Origin: a virus
DNA length: 64,000 nucleotides
Reading direction: 5' to 3' (one strand)
Virus record (IMG/VR): IMGVR_UViG_3300045988_165974
Coordinates: 32,001-96,000 of that record
The notes under the pieces were generated by a model, which made no database searches, had not been told where the DNA came from, and saw only the letters and a list, made by a program, of their open reading frames with translations. Shown one piece after another: positions 33,552-40,731 of the stretch. Made by a program: the position numbers and the translations under genes. Position 1 is the first letter of the stretch. The number at the start of each line of letters is the position of its first letter.

Positions 33552-33998
33552 ATGATGAAAATAAAAGAATTATATGAAAACATTAGTAACTGTTTAGATT
33601 GGATTAAAATCAATAATAGTGATTTAAAAGACATATTTGAAGGTGCTAAGGCATTAAGAAGAGGAATTCAAGTCCTAGAATATGACAAAGAAATGATAGG
33701 CAAAATTGATGATAACTATTTTATTTCAAATTTTATTATGGATATTTTAGAAAAAAATCTTCCAGAGTACCAATTAAGTTTAGACATGATTGATGACATT
33801 TTAGAAGAACTAGATATAGATGATGATACTTTAGAAGAATTAGATGAAAGCGAATTTGAAAATCATGTTATAATCAAAAATACTTTCGTAGATGTAAAAG
33901 AGTCAATTTCTTTTGATGATTACTGGGATGGATTAGACTTTGATAGTCTTTTAAAAAGATTTGAGTTTGCAAAAGAGGAAATTGGTTACTTATTATAA
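33552..33998 (+). CDS. very acidic hypothetical protein
   Basis: 148 aa, rich in D/E. Confidence 0.55.
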   Translation: MMKIKELYENISNCLDWIKINNSDLKDIFEGAKALRRGIQVLEYDKEMIGKIDDNYFISNFIMDILEKNLPEYQLSLDMIDDILEELDIDDDTLEELDESEFENHVIIKNTFVDVKESISFDDYWDGLDFDSLLKRFEFAKEEIGYLL

Positions 33999-34090
33999 GT
34001 TTAAATTCGAAACAGGGAATACAGGAAATCCTGTATTGCTTGTCTATAAGTAACAGGCTGCTTGTACTGATGATGATAGCCTAAGCTTAT
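33995..34090 (+). ncRNA. type II hammerhead ribozyme candidate (B3)
   Basis: Stem II ATAAGTTTA/TAAGCTTAT, a 14-bp stem III, stem I TATAAG/CTTGTA, CTGATGA+T. Predicted cut at 34044/34045. Confidence 0.7.
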
Positions 34091-34115
34091 AAATATAACG
34101 ATAAAAGGGGATAAA

Positions 34116-34373
34116 ATGATGAACAATTTAAAATGGCAAAAACTTATAAGTAATTTGGATACAGAAGAAGGTAGACAAGAGTTTATAAAAATTGCTTCTT
34201 CTGGAATGTATTCAGGTGAAAATATTGATGGTGAAAAAGTCATAACCATTGTTTCTCAGGGAGTGGGAATGATAGTAAAAACTAAACATCACGAAAAGCC
34301 AAACTGGTGGGAATGTGTTGATTATGACGAACTTGGCTGCATGGAGTGTGTAACATACGAAAGAGCCGAATAA
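34116..34373 (+). CDS. small hypothetical protein
   Basis: RBS AAAGGGGA, ATGATG start. Confidence 0.5.
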   Translation: MMNNLKWQKLISNLDTEEGRQEFIKIASSGMYSGENIDGEKVITIVSQGVGMIVKTKHHEKPNWWECVDYDELGCMECVTYERAE

Positions 34374-34376
34374 ATT

Positions 34377-34468
34377 GAAGGATAAATTCGAAACAAGTGA
34401 TACGGGTTTTCTGTATTACTTGTCTATAAGGTTAAGCTACTTATACTGACGAGATAGCTTAATCCTTC
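34377..34468 (+). ncRNA. type II hammerhead ribozyme candidate (B4)
   Basis: Stem II GAAGGAT/ATCCTTC, stem I TATAAG/CTTATA. The pseudoknot covaries here to TAAGCT/AGCTTA. Predicted cut at 34424/34425. Confidence 0.75.
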
Positions 34469-34491
34469 TAAAATGAAAGGGGATAAAAAAG

Positions 34492-35019
34492 ATGATGAAA
34501 AAAGAAAACATTGAAAGATTTTTAAAGTTATTAAATTCAGAAGAAATAAGCGATAAAATAAAAGATATGTATCTTGACTTACTAGAGAGTCATATAGATG
34601 ATGACCTTGGAGTCAAAATAGAAATCATATTAAGCCTAGATGGAGAAGTAGATAACAGATTTTTTACAGGTAATTCAACTAGAATGGACGTATATGAAGG
34701 CAACTCAATTGTTGTGGCAGCCATCAGACATGATGTAAATATTACTGATGAAATGATGGGAGAAATAGTCGATGTATTAAGTAATGATGTATATGAAGAA
34801 TTTGTTCAATATCTTTATGGATTAGACGATATTCCAGAAGAAGAGCAAGAAGAATATCTTGAAGAAAATCTTACTTGGGATAATTTCTATGACTTTGATT
34901 CTATAATATATGGAGAAATTCAGAGAGAAGCTTGGGAAAACAATGTTGACTACTATGGAAATGAAGAAATTGACCAAAAGCTTTATGAATGTATTCAACA
35001 ATTAGAAAATCTTTTATAG
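34492..35019 (+). CDS. very acidic hypothetical protein
   Basis: 175 aa, rich in D/E. Confidence 0.55.
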   Translation: MMKKENIERFLKLLNSEEISDKIKDMYLDLLESHIDDDLGVKIEIILSLDGEVDNRFFTGNSTRMDVYEGNSIVVAAIRHDVNITDEMMGEIVDVLSNDVYEEFVQYLYGLDDIPEEEQEEYLEENLTWDNFYDFDSIIYGEIQREAWENNVDYYGNEEIDQKLYECIQQLENLL

Positions 35020-35034
35020 GAGCAGCAATGCTCC

Positions 35035-35095
35035 ACTCTAAACTCACTTGGCACATGTCAAAAGGTCCAAAGTCCTTGAAAAGAGTGATGGGAGT
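35035..35095 (+). ncRNA. twister ribozyme candidate (C2)
   Basis: Preceded by hairpin GGAGCA-GCAA-TGCTCC. P1 ACTC/GAGT, P2 ACTC/GAGT, P3 TGGC-ACAT-GTCA, P4 AAGG/CCTT with loop TCCAAAGT. Predicted cut at 35039/35040. Confidence 0.7.
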
Positions 35096-35156
35096 AAAGG
35101 CGAAGTTACCAAAATGCTCGTCTAAATATAATGGTAACAATAAAAAGGGGGTAAAT

Positions 35157-35471
35157 ATGAAGGTATATTTAGGAAATGCATTTAGTTTGCAAATGATAAG
35201 TACAACAAAGGATACAGACATAAGAGTTTCACCAGTTGATGTTCAAACTGTAAAAGATAGTGATTTTATATCAATTGTAGGTCATCAAGATACTGCATCT
35301 GTAGTTGGAAACATCTTAGGAAAAGATGTACCTTGCAATCGAGTTTCTGTTAGTTTGAGTAAAGGAGATATTTTATATGTAGCACAAATTGTTGGTGGCA
35401 GACTTCCTGTGGGAGCTACTTGTTTACCAAACGGCTTTAAATTAACATTCTTGAAAGTAACTATCTTGTAA
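35157..35471 (+). CDS. DUF1874 / AcrIII-1-family ring nuclease (cyclic tetra-adenylate degrading anti-CRISPR)
   Basis: MKVYLGNAFSLQMI...IVGHQDTA...NRVSVSLSKGDILYVAQ...GRLPVG parallels SIRV1 gp29 as I remember it (KVYLANAFSINML...SIGHDST...NRVEIKLEKEDKLYVVQ...RLEEG). ATG at 35157 follows AAAGGGGG. Confidence 0.8.
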   Translation: MKVYLGNAFSLQMISTTKDTDIRVSPVDVQTVKDSDFISIVGHQDTASVVGNILGKDVPCNRVSVSLSKGDILYVAQIVGGRLPVGATCLPNGFKLTFLKVTIL

Positions 35472-35537
35472 ATAATATGAGGTTTGGGAGTCCTTTTAAA
35501 ACTCCCCCTAAATATGAAAATGAAGGGAGAAATAAAA

Positions 35538-35675
35538 ATGGAAGAAAAAAGAGAAATGACAATAGAAGAAGAATTTGAAAAACATATGAAGACTATGGAA
35601 GGACATGTATGCTACGGTTGTAGTGGTTGTAAATTTGCTTTCTATGGAGTTTGTCCATATGCTTTAGAGGGGTAA
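35538..35675 (+). CDS. small Cys-rich peptide (45 aa)
   Basis: ATG after AAGGGAGA. Contains CYGCSGC...C. Confidence 0.4.
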   Translation: MEEKREMTIEEEFEKHMKTMEGHVCYGCSGCKFAFYGVCPYALEG

Positions 35676-35683
35676 AACCTCTC

Positions 35684-35746
35684 TTGCTTTAAACTAGCCA
35701 CCAGAAGGTGAGAGTCCAAAGCCTCTGTGAATAGTGATGGGAGTAA
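35684..35746 (+). ncRNA. twister ribozyme candidate (C3)
   Basis: P1 TTGCTT/GAGTAA (with G.U pairs), P2 ACTA/TAGT, P3 CACC-AGAA-GGTG, P4 AGAG/CTCT with loop TCCAAAGC. Predicted cut at 35690/35691. Confidence 0.7.
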
Positions 35747-35766
35747 ATAAAAGGGGGTAAACGATA

Positions 35767-35967
35767 ATGATGAAGAATGAAAATAATTTTGAAAGGATAA
35801 TATGTGATAGCTTATGGGACATAAAACAGAATTATCCAAATATTGAATTGTCTAAACATCTATTCTATATAGACACCTTTGAAAGATTAGGATATGGCAA
35901 AAAAGGAATAGAAATAACTTTAAATAACAATGATAAGTATATTATTACTAAAGTTGAAAATGATTAA
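35767..35967 (+). CDS. small hypothetical protein
   Basis: RBS AAGGGGG, ATGATG start. Confidence 0.5.
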   Translation: MMKNENNFERIICDSLWDIKQNYPNIELSKHLFYIDTFERLGYGKKGIEITLNNNDKYIITKVEND

Positions 35968-35968
35968 T

Positions 35969-36063
35969 ATAGTCTAAATTCGAAACAGAGGAAAGAATGA
36001 AGGTTCTTTTCTTTGTCTATAATAAGATAGGCTCTTTATACTGATGATGATAGCCTAGACTAT
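35969..36063 (+). ncRNA. type II hammerhead ribozyme candidate (B5)
   Basis: Stem II ATAGTCT/AGACTAT, stem I TATAA/TTATA, CTGATGA+T. Predicted cut at 36017/36018. It is the last element before the operon terminator. Confidence 0.7.
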
Positions 36064-36205
36064 TATAAAAGGTTAGATAAAATGCTATCAAGAACTCATG
36101 AAAGTGAGTGTTGAATATATTATCATTTTTTGGGAGAGGGTTGCCCTCTCCTATCCCCAATATAGTAGATAAATGATAGTGATATCATTAAATATATATT
36201 ATGTA

Positions 36206-36236
36206 ATCTCTCCAATTGAGAGGTTATTTTTTTTTA
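36206..36236 (+). terminator. intrinsic terminator of the early operon
   Basis: CTCTC-CAATT-GAGAG followed by T10. Confidence 0.7.
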
Positions 36237-36256
36237 CTTAAATTTATAAAAAGTAC

Positions 36257-36285
36257 TTGCAAGTCTTACACAAAAATGCTACAAT
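36257..36285 (+). promoter_or_regulatory. promoter
   Basis: TTGCAA, a 17-nt spacer, then TACAAT. Confidence 0.55.
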
Positions 36286-36307
36286 TAAATCAAAGGTGGT
36301 GAAGAAT

Positions 36308-36631
36308 ATGAAATACAATTCAATGGAAATACATGACAGAACTTGGAACTTATTTAATCCAAATAAAAAATATAAATGGAGTGACATTTACAAAAATGAA
36401 GAAGAAATGATAGCAGATTTACATTATGTTGAATCAGATGCTTATGAAAAGGTACTTAATCCATCTGCTCCAATTTATGTTGGTTATCAATATATTCACT
36501 CTTTTGCAAAACAAGTAAAAGAAGGTAAAGAATTAAGTAAAAAACAAATAACTCAATGTAAAAGATTAGCAAAAGAAATTAAAAAGGCTAGAGTATTTGG
36601 AGAATATATAAGAGAAATAAAAGAACAATAA
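36308..36631 (+). CDS. hypothetical protein
   Basis: ATG after GGTGGTGA. Confidence 0.5.
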   Translation: MKYNSMEIHDRTWNLFNPNKKYKWSDIYKNEEEMIADLHYVESDAYEKVLNPSAPIYVGYQYIHSFAKQVKEGKELSKKQITQCKRLAKEIKKARVFGEYIREIKEQ

Positions 36632-36667
36632 CAGAGCCCTCATTAGGGGGTTCTTAGGAGGTATAAT

Positions 36668-36958
36668 ATGAACAATATTTCTTTAGTGCAGCTTAGAAAA
36701 GATTATGATTATCTAAATAGCAAAATTTCTTATCATGTGTTAAATGAAGACGAATTATTAAATGAAGTTGTTCCTAAAATGTTGAGTGGGAAAATGGATT
36801 TAAAAAACTTTATTCTGTGGGCAATAAAAGATACGATAAAATATGTAGTAGAAGACAGAGAGGCAATGAACACAAAAGAAGACATTGAATTTATTGAATC
36901 AGATAAAAGATTTAAAAGGATTCTTGACAGATACGATATTGATATAGAGGAGGTTTAA
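36668..36958 (+). CDS. hypothetical protein (paralogue of the next gene)
   Basis: LRKDYDYLN...LKNFILWAIKD...SDKRFKRILDRY aligns with the following ORF. Confidence 0.5.
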   Translation: MNNISLVQLRKDYDYLNSKISYHVLNEDELLNEVVPKMLSGKMDLKNFILWAIKDTIKYVVEDREAMNTKEDIEFIESDKRFKRILDRYDIDIEEV

Positions 36959-36959
36959 T

Positions 36960-37280
36960 ATGAATATAGAGCAACAATTAAAAGGATTAGAAATAAAACA
37001 ATCTACAACTACTCTAAGAGCAGATTTTGAATATTTAGATGATAATATCAATTGGTATCTAATTGATGAAGCAATATTAGTAACAGAAATTGCTCCAGGA
37101 TTGCAATATGGAACATTAAATCTAAAACAATTTTTGCTTTGGAGCATCTGGGACATTATTGCTTTTGTTATTATAGAAAATCATGACGAAGATGATGTTA
37201 ATTTTGTTAAAACAGACAGTAGGGTTAAAAGAATCATAAGAAAATATGGTTTAAAAGAAAGCATAGAAGAATTAATATAG
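36960..37280 (+). CDS. hypothetical protein (tandem paralogue)
   Basis: LRADFEYLD...LKQFLLWSIWD...TDSRVKRIIRKY. Confidence 0.5.
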   Translation: MNIEQQLKGLEIKQSTTTLRADFEYLDDNINWYLIDEAILVTEIAPGLQYGTLNLKQFLLWSIWDIIAFVIIENHDEDDVNFVKTDSRVKRIIRKYGLKESIEELI

Positions 37281-37291
37281 GAGGAGTAGAT

Positions 37292-37579
37292 ATGAAATAT
37301 AGAATATGGTGGATACCGCAAGTAGGATATGAAGGTACTTTTTATGTACCTGTAAATTCTCCAGAAGAAGGATTAAAAATGATGTCAGTTTTAGGAGCAT
37401 ATGATTTATTTCAATTAAAGAATAATATTAAACCAGACTTTTCAAATACAGGTGGCTTAGAAGTCTTTGAAAACGGAGAATGGGTAGATTACTATGACGA
37501 AGACGGCAGAGATATAGATGAACATTTTGAAGAAGATGTGGATATGCAAGACTTTATAGAAAAAGTTTATAATTTTTAA
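37292..37579 (+). CDS. hypothetical protein
   Basis: 95-aa ORF with a GGAGGAG RBS. Confidence 0.5.
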   Translation: MKYRIWWIPQVGYEGTFYVPVNSPEEGLKMMSVLGAYDLFQLKNNIKPDFSNTGGLEVFENGEWVDYYDEDGRDIDEHFEEDVDMQDFIEKVYNF

Positions 37580-37613
37580 AAGGAATAATTACAAAAGGGG
37601 TGGGGGTAAGACT

Positions 37614-38453
37614 ATGAAACAATTAGAGGATTTAACAGGAATGAAGTTTGGACTATTAACTGTAATAGAACTCGACCATAGAGAAAATGGTCACTCATAT
37701 TATAAATGCAAATGTGAGTGTGGCAATGAATGTATTATATATTCATATAGCCTTAAAAATGGGAATACAAGAAGTTGTGGCTGTTTAAGAAAAAAGGAAT
37801 CAGAAGATTTAACTGGTAAAAAATTTGGTATGCTTACAGCTATAGAAAAGGTTAAATCTAATGATGATAGTCATAAAAGCTATTGGAAGTGGCAATGTGA
37901 GTGTGGTAATCAAAAAATTATAAGAGCTGACTCAGTTAAAAGTGGTTACGTAAAGAGCTGTGGTTGTTTAAATAAAAAAAATCAACTTGATATTCCAGAA
38001 GGTAGTAGATACGGGAAACTTACAGTTATTAAAAAAGTAGGACAAAATAAACAAAATTATATTATGTATAAATGCAAATGTGATTGTGGTAATACAGTAA
38101 TTGTTAAAGGTTCTAGTTTATGTAGGGGAGCAACTCAATCTTGTGGATGTATAGCTACAGAACGTATTAAAAAGATGCAGCCTATTGCAAAAGACGTCGG
38201 AAGATATGCTGGAACTAAAATTGGTATTATTAGTAATAATAAACTGAATAGGAACAACACTAGCGGAACAAAAGGTGTTTACTACATTAAACAACGTGAT
38301 AAATGGAGAGCCGCTATAGGGTTTAGGGGTAAAACTATACATTTAGGAGAGTTTAAAAACAAAGAAGATGCTATTGAAGCTAGAAAAAAAGCAGAATTAA
38401 AATATTTCAAGCCAATAATAGAAGAATATAACGAGATTAAAGGAAATAATTAA
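37614..38453 (+). CDS. free-standing homing-endonuclease-like DNA-binding protein: three Cys-cluster repeats + AP2 domain
   Basis: Three LT(V/A)I...C(K/E)C(E/D)CGN...SCGC repeats. The C-terminal TSGTKGVYY...WRAAIGFRGKTIHLGEFKNKEDAIEARKKAE resembles an AP2/ERF-type domain. No catalytic motif was seen. Confidence 0.5.
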   Translation: MKQLEDLTGMKFGLLTVIELDHRENGHSYYKCKCECGNECIIYSYSLKNGNTRSCGCLRKKESEDLTGKKFGMLTAIEKVKSNDDSHKSYWKWQCECGNQKIIRADSVKSGYVKSCGCLNKKNQLDIPEGSRYGKLTVIKKVGQNKQNYIMYKCKCDCGNTVIVKGSSLCRGATQSCGCIATERIKKMQPIAKDVGRYAGTKIGIISNNKLNRNNTSGTKGVYYIKQRDKWRAAIGFRGKTIHLGEFKNKEDAIEARKKAELKYFKPIIEEYNEIKGNN

Positions 38454-38489
38454 TATTCCAAAATAAAAAATAAAATATATAAGGGATAG

Positions 38490-38519
38490 AGCAGCTTAAT
38501 TGCTGCTTTATTTTTTTTT
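38490..38519 (+). terminator. intrinsic terminator
   Basis: AGCAGC-TTAATT-GCTGCT followed by a T run. Confidence 0.7.
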
Positions 38520-38539
38520 ATAAAAATTCCATATAATAG

Positions 38540-38568
38540 TTGACATACTTACATAAAAGTATTAATAT
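38540..38568 (+). promoter_or_regulatory. promoter
   Basis: TTGACA, a 17-nt spacer, then TAATAT. Confidence 0.55.
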
Positions 38569-38622
38569 ATAAATATAGTTAGTTTTACACAAAAACAAAA
38601 TTTCTAAAAGGGGGATGGAGAT

Positions 38623-39357
38623 ATGTTTACACTAGGCAACAGTAAAATTAAAACGGCACTAAGAAATATATCACAAAGGAAGTATGATTGTGATGTGTTT
38701 AAAATGGAAGTAAATAGTATATCAGAAATATGTAAAAAAGAATTTCAAGCAGAATATAGTAAGATGGAAAAATTCTCTTTCAACAAAGGATATCTTGAAT
38801 TTACATTTAAAGACCAAGCAGTAATTGGCTATTTTGAAATACAAGGATTTAATATAAGTTTAATTATTGCTCCCACAAATAATGTTTATGGCAGTAGTTT
38901 TATCTTTAATGCAAATATAAAAGATATGCAAGGAGAAGTTGGATATGTAAAGAATTCTTTATTAATATTAGTGGAAGAAGATGAATCTTTGCATAAGAAA
39001 ATTAGTGCAATTGGAAAGACATTATGCGAAGGAATCTTAGTTGCAAATTATTTAGCTCAAACAAATCCAACAATAATAAAAGACAATGAAACTAGGATTG
39101 TTAAAAAGTCAAATAAAAAGAGAAAACATAAAAATAAAACTATCAGGAAAATAAACCTTACTAATATAAGACATGTAAAAGAATACAGTAATACTAATAT
39201 AAATACAGATAAAAGAAATTACGAAAGACATACTGAATCTTGGACTGTAAGAGGGCATTACAGACATTATAAAAGTGGTAAGGTAGTTTGGATAGAACCA
39301 TCTACTAGAGGGACTGGAAAACCTCAAGGAAAAGTTTACAATATAAATGTTGAATAA
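38623..39357 (+). CDS. hypothetical protein with a basic C-terminal region
   Basis: 244-aa ORF with a GGGGGATGGAG RBS. Confidence 0.5.
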   Translation: MFTLGNSKIKTALRNISQRKYDCDVFKMEVNSISEICKKEFQAEYSKMEKFSFNKGYLEFTFKDQAVIGYFEIQGFNISLIIAPTNNVYGSSFIFNANIKDMQGEVGYVKNSLLILVEEDESLHKKISAIGKTLCEGILVANYLAQTNPTIIKDNETRIVKKSNKKRKHKNKTIRKINLTNIRHVKEYSNTNINTDKRNYERHTESWTVRGHYRHYKSGKVVWIEPSTRGTGKPQGKVYNINVE

Positions 39358-39370
39358 GGGGGACTAAAAC

Positions 39371-39745
39371 ATGGTAGAAGTAAATAAATTATACAGATGC
39401 AGACAAGATATAGTTTTAAATCCAAGTACAGTTGATAAAATCAATATATCATTAGACTTAGATATGGGAAATACAGTTATGGCAACTATTGATGATGTTG
39501 GGATATATAAACCTATAACAATTTCAGAATTTAATTTAGCAAAAGAAATACTTAAGAAAAAAGCAGAGCAGCTAATTATAGAGAATAAAGAAGTGGACCA
39601 TGTAATATACTCTATAGTAGAAACTGACTATGAAGGTTATTGTAATCGAATAATTATATGTCTTATTCCTCTTACTCATGAAGAATATGTTAGAAGAATG
39701 AGACTTTTAAACGACACAACAAAGTGTTTTGTATTAAATAGATAA
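39371..39745 (+). CDS. hypothetical protein
   Basis: 124-aa ORF. Confidence 0.45.
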   Translation: MVEVNKLYRCRQDIVLNPSTVDKINISLDLDMGNTVMATIDDVGIYKPITISEFNLAKEILKKKAEQLIIENKEVDHVIYSIVETDYEGYCNRIIICLIPLTHEEYVRRMRLLNDTTKCFVLNR

Positions 39746-39759
39746 TAGGAGGGTTTTAT

Positions 39760-40707
39760 ATGAGTAATTGTTATAAAGAGTTTTTAGGATATATGAAAGA
39801 TGTGCAAGGAGTTGATAATAAAACTCTAGTATGTTACGAAAAAAATTTAAAAGACTTTAACGAGTATATTTTTGGTGGGAAAGCAGATACTACTTTTGAA
39901 GAAATAGCAAACTTAAAAGTATCTGAAATACAAACAAAATGGCTCAATAGACTTAAAGATGAAAAAGGATATAAATCAAATACCTTAAACAACCGCATAA
40001 TTACACTTACAAGACTTTACACATATATGGTAGGAGAAAACTATACTACTGTAAATAAAGGCAAACTAATACCTCATTACAAAGGCGACAAGAAAGTTAA
40101 AAAAGAAATATCAACTGATGATTATATATCTTTATTAGAAGAACTTAGAAAAAATAGAGATAAAAACTTCACTAGTCTTAGAAATTGGTTTATGGTAGAA
40201 TTCTTTTTAGCAACTGGACTTCGTAGAGCGGAAATCATAGCATTAGACATCGAAGATGTAAATATTCTTACTGGTGAAATAAAAGTCACTAGAAAATATG
40301 ACGAAGGTGTTAAATTTGGTAAAGAAAGAATAGAGTATCTTCCAGAAATACTTTTAGATGATTTACACTATTATCTTTCACATAGATTAGACATAGAAAC
40401 AGATAGTGATGCTTTCTTTATTTCTACTCATAAAAAAAGAATGTGCGCATCTAATATCAATAAGCTGCTTAATAAGATAGCAGATAATAACGGCATGAAA
40501 ATACACCCTCATATGCTTAGAGCGGGATTTTCAAGCAATACCATTAATAGTGGTAGGGTAGAATCATATGAAGTCGCAGAAGCGATGGGACACAGTAATA
40601 AGACTACTACTTTGAACTATTATCATAAGTCTAATACAGAAGTATTAAAGAAAGTTGCCAACAGTAATATGATATTTGACAAAAGACAAGATGATAATGT
40701 AATATAA
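39760..40707 (+). CDS. tyrosine recombinase / integrase (XerC/D-like)
   Basis: TGLRRAEIIALDIEDV (Arg I), HPHMLRAGF (H-x-x-R), GHSN (His) and TTLNYYH (Tyr). Confidence 0.85.
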   Translation: MSNCYKEFLGYMKDVQGVDNKTLVCYEKNLKDFNEYIFGGKADTTFEEIANLKVSEIQTKWLNRLKDEKGYKSNTLNNRIITLTRLYTYMVGENYTTVNKGKLIPHYKGDKKVKKEISTDDYISLLEELRKNRDKNFTSLRNWFMVEFFLATGLRRAEIIALDIEDVNILTGEIKVTRKYDEGVKFGKERIEYLPEILLDDLHYYLSHRLDIETDSDAFFISTHKKRMCASNINKLLNKIADNNGMKIHPHMLRAGFSSNTINSGRVESYEVAEAMGHSNKTTTLNYYHKSNTEVLKKVANSNMIFDKRQDDNVI

Positions 40708-40731
40708 AAATAGTATAAATAAAATATAGAG

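Noticed and set aside
30255-36063. A periodic array of conserved ~20-90-nt elements alternating with unique sequence could be taken for a CRISPR array.
   Set aside because: The units belong to three unrelated structured families rather than one repeat. The 'spacers' are 140-560-nt ORFs with RBS and start codons. There is no leader and no cas genes. Ribozyme folds explain the conservation.
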